The notes: generated by a model not told the origin, from the sequence alone. A DNA stretch of 63,925 bases, filler included, from Reticulomyxa filosa (GCA_000512085.1; 18 parts of 18 records of this genome joined end to end with filler, not necessarily neighbours in it); one strand, 5' to 3'. Counted from the first letter of the whole stretch, positions 25,017 through 39,189 are shown. Made by a program: numbers and translations.

Positions 25017-26515
25017 GATTTTTTTTTGTTGGTTATTAAAGGAGTCACGCCTTACATTTTGGGTAGAGAAATTCCTACCAATTGTTGGAATGTAGTATTT
25101 TGAACAATTAATTGAGTGGGAAAAAATTGTGTTAGTGTTAGGCTTATTTTATTTTTGACTTAGTTTAGAAGGACGACAAATTTTACTTCAAGAAACATGG
25201 ACACTCTTGTAGGACCGATTGCAAAATTCAAATCCAAAAAAGATTCAACTAAGAAAAAAATTGTTATAAGATTTTTTTTATCTGTAAAGAGATATTTGAA
25301 ACAAGGTGTAATCCATGTTGCGGATCATCTACATGATTGTCTAGGTACTTGCATTTTCGAATCCGTTTTAATTTGATTCGAATACTTACAGCAGACATGT
25401 CATGCATCATCAATCGATGATCTTTGCCCTCCTGATACGAACAAAAGAGTCCCTTTATTATCTTTTATAACTTCTTTAAAATGGAAACATGAAAACATAT
25501 GTACCAATAGCATTCATGTAGTAATATCTTGTTAAAGAATGGAATTAAAGAAATCTCACTTCAATTATTAACTAATTTATCATGAAAAATAGAATTTTTG
25601 ATATTCTTAAAGAAAGGCAAATATTTGCAATAACACATACACTACAAAGTAAACTACTTATTTTATAACTACTTAGGCATAACAAAGTATACAGTCGACA
25701 AAAAAGAAAATTGACACATAATGACACTTTTAAAACTGTATGTTTTTACTTTCTTTATGAAAATTTATGTCAATAGCCATAGATTTAAACAAAGAAACCA
25801 ATACAACAATGGTTAGCAATTAAATATTGCAATTATTTGTAACTAAATGCAAAGAAGTTATAAACTCTGCAAAATAGACCAGCAAGTGATATAAAAAAGG
25901 ACCAAAAGGCTGACACAATTGTAACCTAAGTTTCTTAAAGAAGATGATTATTTCGTAAGATAATTACTGTTATAGTTCTTCAGTGGAAACTCTCACAACA
26001 AACTTTCTCTTTTCTTGTTTTTGTTATATTCCTTGTCTTTCGTGAATTATTTTCATTTAATTAATTTCGTTTTACTGAAATTTTGTTTCTTGGAACAAAG
26101 TTCTTTTCGTGCTACACTTGGTTATAACTAACTGTCTCTACAATTTTTCATGAAAATTGAATGCTGTCATTTTTAAAAATTCAATTAAAAAAAATTGATC
26201 CACAATGGGAGTTTCCAATCTCAAAAGCTTTTTGAAAGGCAAAAAATTTCAATTTTGAAAACTTGTTCTTCTTGATTGAAACTTTGTACTAAATTTCTAT
26301 TGGAAAAAGAAAAGTTGGTTCATTTTTGTATTTTCCCACAAATGGGTTTAGAAAGACTCTTTTAAAACAAGCGCTTTTAATCCCACCAGACAAAAATATA
26401 AAGTATCTGAAAAAATTTAGAGACAATAATTTTTCAAACAAAAGAGTGATGATTCTTCATACCAAAAAAAAAGTATAACAATAAAAAGAGATAATGGAAA
26501 AAAAAGCGTTATTAC

Positions 26516-27593
26516 TCACTCAAACTTCCACTCTTTACTGGGTTTGTACACGGGAACACGGTTCCCCACACATGAGACAAGGTTTGAGGCCATGGCAAAG
26601 GACGTGAACGCGAACAAAGCATTATACTCAATAGTATTGAACACGCATTTTTGCAAGAAGTCAACAACAGATTCATGAGGGGCGAATTTGTTGGTGTTTA
26701 TAATCGTTGTTCGCCTGCTATTGCAATTGGTAAGCAGTTTGCAATACTGTATGGAAAAGCAGAAGCATAAAGCACATTTATAAATTGAACAGCAAAAAAA
26801 TAAAAATAAAAAATAAAAATAAAATTAACATGTGGATATTGAAGCAAAGGTTCATGCGCAAACCAATAGACATAGATTTCATTTGTGTGATCACTAGACA
26901 AAAGATAGGAGAGAAGCGACGAGAGCCGATAATCGGTGACGACAGCGATGACACGTGAATAGCAGCGTAAGAAATGGGCAATGTTATGAAGAGTGCGATA
27001 CGACTGCATGAAAAGAGTGTGTTGGGATGTCAATTTCTCGTAGTGCTCACAGTATGCAGATATCATATCACGGCCGAGCGCAGTATGTCCAGATATGCAA
27101 ACACAGAAATAAGGTTCATCTTCATCCAACATATCTTTGGACTTGGCTATTGTGTTGACAGGGTCATTGGCCTCGTCTGTCACAGCTTCGAATTCGGCCA
27201 TTTCCACGACGCGTTCGTTGTCCGACAGCTCGACAACGTGTTGAGTCGCTTGGCCGCGATTTACAATCAACGACTTGTTTTCCTGAGAGGGGTCGGCCAC
27301 CGTTTTCAGGTCTTGTTGTATTTTTTTCGGATTGGACAGTCTCCTGCTTTGTGCCAATTGGTGATACCCACTTTTCGCATTGTCTTTGCCAAATGGAATC
27401 GAACCTGCTGTTTTCTGTGACACCGAGTACAGCACCGGCACGACGAACCAGTCATAGCCATTTGTCGACACGTGCACAGTGCATTCACTCTTCATTTCTT
27501 TCGCCACCTGCAGTATGCATTGATATGGGGTTATTGTCTGAATCGTCACATCCTCACCGGATATTTTTTGTGCTCTCCCAATTATCCAAGATC
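26516..27593 (-). CDS. Hypothetical protein with a possible IPT/TIG domain end, 5'-partial, one intron
   Basis: CTVHVSTNGYDW resembles the IPT/TIG terminal strands. A phase-0 intron (GTTAAT..CAG, about 26829-26748) continues YCKLLTNC..EWKFE*. Confidence 0.5.
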
Positions 27594-27693
27594 NNNNNNN
27601 NNNNNNNNNNNNNNNNNNNNNNNNNNNNNNNNNNNNNTTAATTAATTAANNNNNNNNNNNNNNNNNNNNNNNNNNNNNNNNNNNNNNNNNNNN

Positions 27694-28352
27694 GTATATA
27701 ACATATATATATATATATATATATACATATATGTATATATTTATTTTTTTATATACGTACCCAGGAATCTCGAAATCTTTGGTATTTTGCGTGAAGAATT
27801 GCTCGTCTAAAATAAGCTTATTTAAAGCGACATGTTTGGAGGTGGTCCAATGGAGTTTTTTTTGTCGTCGACGGCGATAGCCTTTGGGTCTTTGGTCAAG
27901 TCCGGGATTTGAGATAGTTTGACGTTTGTGTCGAGCCATCCGCTTTTACCTTGCTTGTAGTCGTTGGTGGATCGGTCAAATCTTGGATGGACCCACAACA
28001 CCATGTTTTCTTCGTCTTTCGTGTAAATCATTCGTCGCAGTGCTGGCTTCAGCTTCAAATTCGCAGTGAAAATCGTGTCTTTTTCCCAATCTTCTCCTGG
28101 CATAAATATCCATCGTCGTGGCAATAAAAATGCAAACAACGCTATCTTTAACACCTTTGATGGAATTGTCTCAAAGTCTTCATTCAGGTGGTACAGTGAG
28201 ACAAATATTGGACGACGGGGCTCTTTTGAAAAACGAAACGACGCAGACTTAGTCGTGTCTGTGCTCATGCTTTCACCTCTTGCTCCTTTTGTTCCTTCTG
28301 ACAAACGAAGGTCTGGGGCATCTTTTGAACTTGCACTGATACAGCCCCCCAT
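27694..28352 (-). CDS. Hypothetical protein with an N-myristoylation/palmitoylation motif
   Basis: Starts MGGCIS; 176-aa ORF, possibly extended by an A-run frameshift near 27860 up to a donor near 27760. Confidence 0.6.
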
Positions 28353-29459
28353 TTATAATCAAATTTGCTCTATGTTTTATTTTGTGTTCCCCTTGTTTCA
28401 AAAAGAGAAAAAAAAAAAAAAAAACCGACTCACTCCCTCGAATATATTAATTAATTACTCCTGTTCAAATGCCTCACTACAACGCAATTTTGAAAGTTTC
28501 TATTTTAAAATAAAAAATGTATGGTCCGTACATTTATTTGCTGCTGCAGATTTTTTTATTGCAAGTAAAATATTATTTTTATTTTGTACATAATGATAAA
28601 AGATATAAGGATGACTTTTAAATCGAGCCACTTATTCACATATGTTATATATTCATGCTCGACAATAATCAGAAAGTACTTTACGACTGAGAACTGTACA
28701 AATTTAAATGTAATACGAATGGACATGTCGTAAACAGGTTTCAGTAGAAAATAAAATATAATTAAATGAAAGACAAAGAAACGATAAAATAAGAGAACCA
28801 AGTTGTTGGAGTGCATAAACAAATTTTGCAAAAAGAACAAGTTTTCTTTTAGCCGCCAAGCTTCTCCACAAGTTAATGATATTGAATTTGAGGCACAAGC
28901 TAATTGTAAAATAATTTGTCTTTAGAAAATAAGTTACTTTTAATTTAAATGATTAATTAAATCGGGTCAATCCAAAAGAGAAGAAGTAATATTTCAAAAA
29001 TTATTTTAGCACTCATATGAGACTTACACGACCCTTTTCACCAACGTTTTGGACTGGTCAGCAAAAAAAGTGCGCAAAAAAAATTTTAAAGTTGATGTTA
29101 CAATTGTGAATACATTTCTCGATAATGCCTGTCACATTTTCAAACTGGTGTCCAAGATCATTTGCATGGCTATTTGTGTTGTTTTTGAGCACCTTTGCAA
29201 ATGACGCTCAATCTCCAAAAAGTAGTGTTGTTTTGTTTTACAAACAGACTTGCGTCATCCCAGCTACAAAAAAAAAAAGAACAAATTCTTAAAAAAAAAA
29301 AAAAAAATGCAATAGCATTGTCTCCAGCGAGATTAGCTGCAGAGGGAGATGCAGCACTGNNNNNNNNNNNNNNNNNNNNNNNNNNNNNNNNNNNNNNNNN
29401 NNNTTAATTAATTAANNNNNNNNNNNNNNNNNNNNNNNNNNNNNNNNNNNNNNNNNNNN

Positions 29460-30620
29460 TGACAAGCACATCACTATCGAATGGAGCGTGCAAATGGGTT
29501 GGACATGCGATAGCGAATAAAGCATTTAACGAATTGTTTGTAACCAATTGCTCCAGTACCACGTCAGCGCGAATACCGAATTTGGTTATCAGCCGCAATT
29601 CTGCATTTCAAATGTCTCATGCTATAATAAAAAAAAAAATTGAGAGTCCAAATTTATACAAAGACAAACACACAAGTCCAAGATATTGTCGCAAACGCCA
29701 TCAACTTTGTCATGCACCAACAATTCGCAAGTCATAGTCCTATCAACGAGCAATATTTTTCAAATGTTGTTCGATACTTCAATGTTATGTTCTTTTTTTT
29801 TTTTAATACTTTTTTTTTTATAACAACAAACAAAAAAAATTTGATAGATCGTACAATGTGGCGCAAAAAATAGAATATGGACGACATGCACAAATGGATG
29901 AAAATAATGGCAAGGACGACTTTGACAATGGACCAATAGCTGCAATTGCTATGCAAATTTTAATCGAAATAAGCAGCCATCATGGATCAGCACCTGCCTT
30001 TAATGTAGAAGAAGCGCTGCTGGCGTAAAGGAGGATATGGTAAAACACAATTGATGAACAATTGAATTGTAAGTCAGTGGTGATAACTATCCTTTTTTAT
30101 GCAGCAGAGCTACTCTCACCAAGGCATGGTCTATCCTGTCATTTATGCAATTACGCACGCAATTGATCGCATTGTCCACAAACTGATAACACCAATAATC
30201 TAGTGGCAGCCACGCAAATAATGTATGGGAAAATGTGTCGATAGCATGAACAAGCAGAGCGGCCTCCAAATCAAAAAGTGACCAATGTGGTCTTGTCAAG
30301 TTATTTTTTATTTTTTTGCTGCTGTAATAATAACATAAGCATATATTTTTTGGTTGTTACTTGTATAGACTGAGCAAGTATGGAAGATCGATTGTGCAAA
30401 TGGTTGGATGAAAAGAAAGAATACGGGGTAGAAACCACCCCGTCTCCGAAAGGAGAAGCAAAGGCTTGTTCTATCTATCTTTTTTTAAAAATATGTTTAA
30501 TTGTTGTGTCTTGTGGCTGTGTAACATAGGTTCCCCCGTCCGCAAGTATCGTTACAGTTCTATGTCCATTTCTCCATCACACAAAAGAAAAAAAAAAAGA
30601 ATAAGGGGTCGCAATCTACC
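29460..30620 (+). pseudogene. Decayed multi-exon gene of unknown family
   Basis: Several plus-oriented GT..AG intron-like segments flank exon-like blocks with stops in all frames. Confidence 0.4.
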
Positions 30621-30720
30621 NNNNNNNNNNNNNNNNNNNNNNNNNNNNNNNNNNNNNNNNNNNNTTAATTAATTAANNNNNNNNNNNNNNNNNNNNNNNN
30701 NNNNNNNNNNNNNNNNNNNN

Positions 30721-31210
30721 TGCTAAACTATTGATATCAAACGGTAACTTTTACTCGTACCACGCAGTGAAGGAGGAATATATTTAAAAAACAGTAGAAT
30801 ATCCGTAGAATATGAAATTGCAAGGGCATAGCGTAATTGAATGTGATGTGAAAGCTGAAAAAAGCAAAGACAAAAATATAGTAACATTACTTTCCTTTGA
30901 TGAGAGTCCCATATCATGGACGCTACATCCTGATGATGAGAAGTATCAAAGTGTATGTAGTGGTAAGTCCAGCAAAAAGGTCGAAAACGGACTGTTATCA
31001 TTGGCAAGTGAGGAGATAATCGACCTACAATGAGCATGTCTTCTATTTTTCCCGTGTGTCTTTGGATTACAAAAGACTACAGTTTGAGATGGTCACGATC
31101 ATGCAAGATTTAGACTATAAAAAATAAAATGAATCATGTGTTGTGCAAGACACACCTAACAGAATTGATCATGTTGCACCATCTTGGCGGCTATATAAGT
31201 GGTTCCTGTT
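30721..31210 (+). pseudogene. Pseudogene of the Kelch-like family seen at 34280
   Basis: NFYSYHAVKEEYI*KTVEYP*NMKLQGHSVI..NIVTLLSF..KYQSV aligns with NCYSYHTVKNKYKRICDYP..KGHVVV..EITLLSFGG..HYKSVW. Confidence 0.75.
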
Positions 31211-34200
31211 TTTATTTTCTTTGGAAATTATTTTCGTGTAATCCAAACGCCGCCGTATTTGACAGAAAAAAAAGTTTAATTTTTGAGATTTGTTCTTGCA
31301 CCAAGGAGGACAAAAATTTAGTGGGCAACCTTCAAAATTAAATTTTAACTTGTTAGTGTGAAATATATTAAATTTTTTGAAAATGAAATAAATTTGATAT
31401 TTCAATATTTTTTAATAATTTGTGAAAAGATCAACTAGTTTTGCAGTTGTGGAAATTAGGAAAAGTTGTTTGTGATTAGTTGTTACACAAGTTAACAATA
31501 TGGATAGCTCTTATATACAGAAGATTGAGTCAAAAAAACTTAGTGGTACTGTAGTCATAATGAAATGAAAAACTCAAAAATATTCAATTTCAGAAATTTT
31601 TTGCGGGAAATCTAAAAAGATTATAAAGATATCAGGTGAGCTGGAAAATTGGAACATCAAATTATCTTTGCGAAAAAGATATCACAAAGAAACAACAATT
31701 CACACAAAAACACAGAAATTTTTTGAGCAAAAAATTGAGTCAATTGTCAAATAAACACCTTGAGATCGATAATGCCATCAACTTTGGAGTTGTTTGAACT
31801 TTACTTCGCTCTTGCTTGCTGGCACCGCAACCATCTCCAATTGATCGACAAACAAGTCTTGTGTTCTTTGGAGATCTATGTTATATATTTGTGTATTGAT
31901 CATACATGTTTCAAATATTTTCCAATCACATTAAAAAAAAAACAATATAACTTGGAATATAGGTTGCATATAATCAGCTCACCACTTTCAAATTGTTCGA
32001 TTCCCTTTCAATTCATCATGCACCACATTACGTTTGATATGGACCTTTTTNNNNNNNNNNNNNNNNNNNNNNNNNNNNNNNNNNNNNNNNNNNNTTAATT
32101 AATTAANNNNNNNNNNNNNNNNNNNNNNNNNNNNNNNNNNNNNNNNNNNNTTAATTGAAGTTATCACTTTTATTTTTGTTGCTTCCATTTGTACGTTATA
32201 TCATTGGACTGATAATTATTTCTCTTTTATTGTTGTTCCTATTAATGTTGTCATTATTTTATCTTTATTTTGGAATCAACAACAATATCCATCTCAATCA
32301 AAAAAGAATGATTAATCTTACAACAGTGTGTTTTATATGTAATACTTTGGAAAAGGTTGTGTCGTTTTCTTTTCAACCCTTTTTTTTTTGTTGATGATGA
32401 TGTGAGAAAATATTTGACAAATTGGAAATACATTTTTGACAAAATATTCAATTACTTTTTGATATTAAACAACAAGTTCATCAAATATTTCATGATCCAT
32501 TATTAATACAACGTCCTACTGTAGTTTCATTTTGATAAAAAAAAAGAGTTTTTTTAAACGGGGAAGTTACAGTCTTTTTTTTGTTTTCTTGTCATTTTTT
32601 TTGTTTCTCTTGTGAATATGAACAACATTAGAGGTATTTGTTTGTTGAAATACTCAACAAAAAGTTAGTTTCTCACTTGTTTCTTGAAACGTGTGAATAT
32701 GAAACGTTGTTTGTTTACTTAAAGCTTAAAGCTTAAAGCGGTGCAATTTTTTTATTTGCGAAAAGCCGATTGTTTAAAAAAAAAAAAAATAAGTTAAGAA
32801 TTTAGATTTTTTGTGTAAAATTAAGAGGAGGAGAGAAAAGCGCGCTATCCGTTTCTAGACTTTTTTTATGAAAAAGACTGATGAGCAAACGCTTCACTGA
32901 GACATTTTACCAAATATTTTTTTTTTGTAATGAATTTTATTGCAAATAAAGTGTGTTTGTTTTGATTTTAATAGAAAATTGTTTGGCCAGAAGAGAGAGG
33001 AGGGTGGTAAATAAAAAATAAGCAAACACGGGAAATCGATTCTATAATTGATAAATTGGAAATAAGATCAATTTGTGCGTTGGCCTTTGACATTTGCAAA
33101 TTGTTTTTTTTTTGGTCGGATAAAAATTTGTTTCTCATCTAGTTAGTAGCAAATGATAAATGTGATCGATTTGTCTTCTAAAATCTGTACATCCTTAATT
33201 TCTTAGACGAACAGTCTATGCAGATAAAAAAAATAAAATAGAACTGGCCTTTTTAGAAAGAGATAACTTGCATTTTAAACAATGCAAATCATTGAGAAAA
33301 AATTTTTGAAAAAAAAGAACAAATGTAGATGATGTTTTTGATATCTACAAACAATAAATTACATCTATGATTCCCTCCAACAAAACACAAAGTAATATTA
33401 TTGATTGTGCAAGCAAAATTGGAAAAGAAGATCACCACTTAGAGATCAAACTAAAGTTAATGGCAGTGTATTTACTCTATCAAAAGACTCTTTGAAAGTG
33501 GATTGATTTTGATAATTTTCTCATCCTTCTATTCTCCACTAAATAACATAATTCTTGGCAGTTGTTAACATTCTCACAACTGAGTTAAAAATTGTATTTT
33601 TTTGTTTCATCAAAAATAAAAATTGCCATGATAGTCTCTTTGTGCAGAGAATTTCTTCAGCAATCTTGGAATGAAAAGATTATTCTTTTAAACTTTGAAA
33701 ATAGGCCCTTTTTAACAAACTTTTCAATTCATTATAATTTTATTTTTTAATAAAAAATATCTTTATTTATTCATTAAATTAGATTAATTAAAACAGAGGG
33801 GGGAGTGACAAATGCAAAGTTTTATGAATTGCACACATTTAATAGAACTACCTTCAAAGAAAAAATTAAAAACTACAAATTTCATTGAAAAATATGTTAC
33901 CAAAATCAGACAATCGAAAAAAGGGAGCGATTCAAGCATTCTCCAAACTTGTCTGAAGTGGGGTAATCTTGAGAGATTGAAGTACTTGAAAAATAAATTA
34001 GTCGTTTCTCTTCTTCAAAAATACAGACATAAATCAAAGATTTAGTCTAAAACCATTGTATTTACTTTTGTTTCAGTTAAGAAAAATAATGGAAAAAATA
34101 TAGAGAATGATTAATAATTGATAAATATGTAGTAAATAAATTACTAACGATAAGATAGGATACAATTGTGTATAACTTAATATTATTTTGATAGTTTATC

Positions 34201-34279
34201 GATCCCACTTAAAAAACCTATATTTTTTTCATACAACCTGCAAAAACTTGGTAAAGGAGTGATTTTCAACAAAAAAAAA

Positions 34280-35333
34280 ATGTCTTCATTACTTTCTGCG
34301 TTTCAACACCTAGCACCCCCTCCAGTTGGCATAATAATGGGAGCCTATGTGGCATGGAAAGACGAAATACTTGTGTGTGGTAGTAACTGTTATTCTTACC
34401 ACACAGTGAAAAATAAGTACAAACGCATATGTGACTATCCTACGCCAACAGTGCCAAAAGGGCACGTAGTTGTGGAATTGCATCGCAATAAAAAAGAAAT
34501 CACATTACTTTCATTTGGAGGGAATGAGCACAAGCACACATTGCTAATGCATTATAAAAGTGTTTGGGTCAACAACGGCTCGATCAACAATAAGTGGATA
34601 ACGGCTCCAAATAACATTGGAGGTGAAACTGACAATATGAGAAATCCACGCGCAGTAGTCGGTGGAAAAGACAACACATTATTATATGTTGTCCATAAAC
34701 CCGACCGTGTGCTAGTTCTTGATATCAAGTCATTTCAAATAATAGCAACGAGCCAATTGCCATTGGAAATATTTGGAAGCATTTGTTTATTAAAAATCGG
34801 AAATGGTATTGCCTTCGTCAATCGCAAGCATATAACGTGGATTGTACTCGATGAAAGTAATATGACAATTCAATATAAAAAATCTGACGTTAATTGTGAT
34901 TTAAAATTTTTATTCGATTATCATGGAGTTTCTACCAATCACTTTGCTATATTTGGAGGTGGATACAAACTCGGGCTTTGTTCTTACAGACTCTATGTTT
35001 ATTGGGCAAAAAGAAAAAAATGGAAAGACTGCTCACACATGCTATCACGTGATCTTTACCATGCTTTCGTAATCAGTGCCGATAATCTCTGGCTCCATAT
35101 TTTTACCATATCTTCACACTCGAAAATGAATCTTCGAGAACTACTTTATAAAGTTTACTTTTAGATACATTATTATTTATAGGTATTATATGACTCATTC
35201 TTTTCTACCAAAAAAAAATACATAGAGTGAACAGGATGTGCAAATAATTGTCCGATTTTGGCTACGAGAATGTAAAATTTCTATTGGATGGATTTATGAT
35301 TTCAATGGGATTATTGCTGACTTTTTGAATTGA
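34280..35333 (+). CDS. Kelch-like beta-propeller protein (lineage-amplified family), 2 exons
   Basis: GG repeats (LLSFGG, AVVGG, AIFGGG..YVY..KKW). Intron 35153-35225; last exon SEQDVQIIVRFWLRECKISIGWIYDFNGIIADFLN*. Confidence 0.8.
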
Positions 35334-35552
35334 TTTGAAACTGACACAGACTTTGATTTTTAACCAAATATAGCAAAAAAAGAAATTATGAATTTTGAGA
35401 ACAGGATGAACAATATTTGTCATGACAAATGTAACAACTGCTATGATTTTTACCAACCACATGTAGGGGGGGGGGAAAAAAGAAAAGAGTTAGGTTTTTA
35501 CAAAAGAAAACAAGAAAAAAAAAGAGGGAGTGAAAGAAAAAAAAAGCGCTTG

Positions 35553-36205
35553 TCAATTTCCTGACATTTTTGACGCTTTTTGTATCATAAACTGTCTTCT
35601 TATCGTATCAAATTTTTCGCCATTAATAGTCAGGTCATATTTAAAACCAATATCCTTGTTGGCCATAATTTCAATTTCTAAATTGTCTCTTCCTGCTTTG
35701 ACATAAAATTTAGTGTCACTTGATTTGTCGTTATATTTCACGACATTGTCCACTAATATAACCCGTTTACTCACGCCCTTGTTGTTGATTTTTACGTTAT
35801 GCCTTAAGACCACGGTGTGAATGAGCTGATCGCTTCCCAAATAAGTCCAAGTGGTGGTAAATTTTTCATTGGAAAATTTCGTTTTTTCCACCACTGTTTT
35901 CTTGTCATACTCTTTTCCATTGAGCATGTTCGAAGGTTGATTGGCATTAAACGTGTTTGGAGACTGGTTGACATTAAACATATTTGAAGACTGATTGTGG
36001 GTTCTTACATTATCCAAACTCGCGCTTCCGGAGCGAGTATTGACCTCTTTCACTTGAACAACCGAGCGTTGCGATTGAGGTTGCGGTTTCATAGCCACCA
36101 GAGCTGGTCTCGTGTTTTGTTCCATTGGCTGTCGTCTGTTCATCGCCATAGCATCTTGATTGTAGTTTAGAGGCAGCGATCGTTGAGTTTCGATTTGTTG
36201 ACCTA

Positions 36206-36276
<71 letters not shown>

Positions 36277-36727
36277 TATATAGTTATAACATTACAATAG
36301 TTGTTTATTGTATTTTGTGAAATGAAACACAAAGTCTTTTTTTTTTTTTTAAAAAAAAAATTATATTTTTTGTATTACCTCTTTGTTGCTGTTCAAACAA
36401 TGCTGCCAGGTCTTCTTCTTCCTGTTCTGCCGCAGTAATATTTGCATATTGCGCGTGATTATCTCTCGAATTGACAGGATTGATGTTGTACCCGGTGTTG
36501 AAGTTGAAATTGCCACCGGCATTGATCGGCGAGTTTTGTCGATTGATATTGGACGTGGAATGTATGGGCGCAACGGTCTCCGAATTGGATTGCAAACGTG
36601 TATCCATTTGTTGTTTTGGCAATTTACTTTGTGAATCATTGCCAGTTTTGGGGGACAAAGCAGTGGCATTAGAATGAGGATGGGGATGAGGATGAGGATG
36701 AGGATGAGGATGAGGATGAGGATGAGG
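35553..36727 (-). CDS. Protein with a low-complexity N-terminal region and a C-terminal FAIM-like beta-sandwich; 5'-partial
   Basis: TWTY..IHTVVLRH..SKRVILVDN..GFKYDLTINGEKF parallels the FAIM pattern W..VHKIEFEH..SGKRVVYVDG..YEYTLEINGK. Intron 36378-36203. Confidence 0.7.
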
Positions 36728-36827
36728 NNNNNNNNNNNNNNNNNNNNNNNNNNNNNNNNNNNNNNNNNNNNTTAATTAATTAANNNNNNNNNNNNNNNNN
36801 NNNNNNNNNNNNNNNNNNNNNNNNNNN

Positions 36828-38515
36828 GAACAAGAACAAGAACAAGAACAGGAACAGGAACAGGAACATGTGCATGCATCTGCATCTCCACCAGCAACAA
36901 TGGCAACGGATGACAACAATGCAGAAAGCAATCTGACAGGGTATGCCGGCGGAGGTACGAGTGAGACGGATGAAATTCCATGTTTGGGCTGTGGGGAGAC
37001 GTCCGATGAAGCATTCTTTTTGCTGTGTGACAATGAAAAGTGCAGCAATGGCGCACACATTTACTGTTTGGACCCACCTTTGCCAAAAGTTCCGCCGCAA
37101 GAAGATAAATGGTTTTGTCCTGGTTGTGCTGGTGGGCTATTTCTCTTTTTGTATTATGTGATATTGTATATATATATATATATATGTATATGTATGTGTG
37201 TATGTATGTTTATCCCTTCTCTCAACAATAACAATAACAATAACAATAACAACAACACAATATCAAAGAATCCGGTCTCATCGCCAATGCCTGTGTCTAT
37301 TGCCAGTCACGTATTTATTATAGCAAATACCAAATCGTTGAATGCGTTAACAACTGTTCCGAAGCGTGTCACGTCGAGTGTCTCATTCAAATGGGCGTCA
37401 TTGAAAAGCCCACTCCTGAAAAACCTTTGCGAATTAAATCTATTCGCTGGAAATGCCCACATATGTATATATACATATATTTATTTATTTATATTTATTG
37501 ATTTATCACTTCATATTCCAAAAATATACTTTTTTTTTGAAAAAGGTTCAAGCAAGCGGAAACAAGGAAGCTATCCCAAATTACTGACGTCAAAGCAATG
37601 TATGTTTGTACATGTATACTCTGTGTATGAAACGTTTGTCAAGGATCTTCCCTTTTCCTTTGCTCAAGGAAACAACTCGGTTGTGTGATGTGCTCGCCAT
37701 TTGACACAAAAGTGCATCAAAATGGTAAAATTGGGCCGACTTACAAACAAGGTGGGTTCGAAATGCGTTCGCCATCGAAGATGGGAGAGGAAAGTACAGA
37801 CTCGGAAAAGCAGAAAAAAAGCAGCGAAACCAAAGTCAAAGAAAAAGAGAAAGAGAAAAATAAAAATAAAAACAAAAACAAAGACAAAAACAAAGAAAAG
37901 GAGAAAAAAAAAGAAGAACAAAGAAACGGGAAAACAGACTGTGAATTGGGAACAGTTTGAAGTTGTGCAATGGACTGAAGTGTGTAGTGTAGGTGAAACG
38001 TGTGCCAAGAAAGGAAAGAAGCACTATCATTGCAAAGTTTAGCTACAGTTTGGCCTTTTTTGTATGGTTTCAAAACACACACGCACACGCGCACACACAC
38101 ACACACACACATGTCATATACACATACACACATGCAAACATACAATATACCCTTTCCGACTTGAACGTTGCATCACCATACCTGTCATGCATGTGACAAA
38201 CCTTCTCGCTTTGCTGCTTCATCACCAATCACCAATCACCAATCACCAATCACCAATCACCATACCACATTTCCATTGGACGTATTCCATTACACATAAC
38301 GCTTGTTTGTTTGTTCGCTGGAAAATATAGGATGTGACGTGCATGGCAAGTTCCGCTAATGGCAATGGACGATGGATAACTGAGAGAATCAACTTGGTCC
38401 AATCTCATTACGATCAAAAGCATCGAAAGTCCGACAAGTAAGAGCAAACTTTGTATACATGCATATATATATATATATACGTATATATATGTATATGTAT
38501 ATGTGTATCGCAATA
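36828..38515 (+). CDS. PHD-finger protein (two PHDs) with a basic tract and a Castor-like Zn finger; partial, spliced
   Basis: CLGCG..LLCDNEKCSNGAHIYCLDPPLPKVP..WFCPGC; CVYC..ECVNNCSEACHVEC..WKCP; CSVGETCAKKGKKHYHCK|DVTC..SHYDQKH. Confidence 0.8.
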
Positions 38516-39189
38516 NNNNNNNNNNNNNNNNNNNNNNNNNNNNNNNNNNNNNNNNNNNNTTAATTAATTAANNNNNNNNNNNNNNNNNNNNNNNNNNNNN
38601 NNNNNNNNNNNNNNNAAAAATTGTAAATACTTAATAAAAAACTAAATCAAAATGATATTTAAAAACTACAAGATTTGTAGATATTTTTTTTAATTAAATG
38701 TTGTTTTTTCATGGAGAAACACAATCATCTCTATAAGTTGGCATTTTAGGTGTCAACTTTCTTTTTTATACTATTGTATATTTATATAATCTCTTCTTTT
38801 GTTTATTTTAAAAAACAACAGTTTGTATTACAATTGGAACATGGGGTGTTGCGGAATGACCGCTTATCACACGATGTATATAAACTGTTTCGATATTTTA
38901 TGGGACGTTTGGGGGTTTATGCGCGATAGTATTCACTGGACTATCCGCAATAAAATTGTCAGAAACAACGGCAAAGAAAAAAAAGAAGCATATAGTCTGT
39001 GCGAAGAGCTGTTCCATAGCGATATATCTTTTTTTTTGCAATATATCTTGTACACATATTCCGATATGCAATACATGCTTCCGCCTTGTACAAGTACTTT
39101 AACGATCGAAGCCATATGCTAAACCCTTTGCTCTTTATGACAATAACTAATTTAGGTCTTTTCATTCGTTTCTCATATTGTTTGTTTTT

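Noticed and set aside
38221-38262. (CACCAAT)n heptamer as a telomere-like repeat
   Set aside because: It is short, internal and inside an intron, among many other microsatellites.
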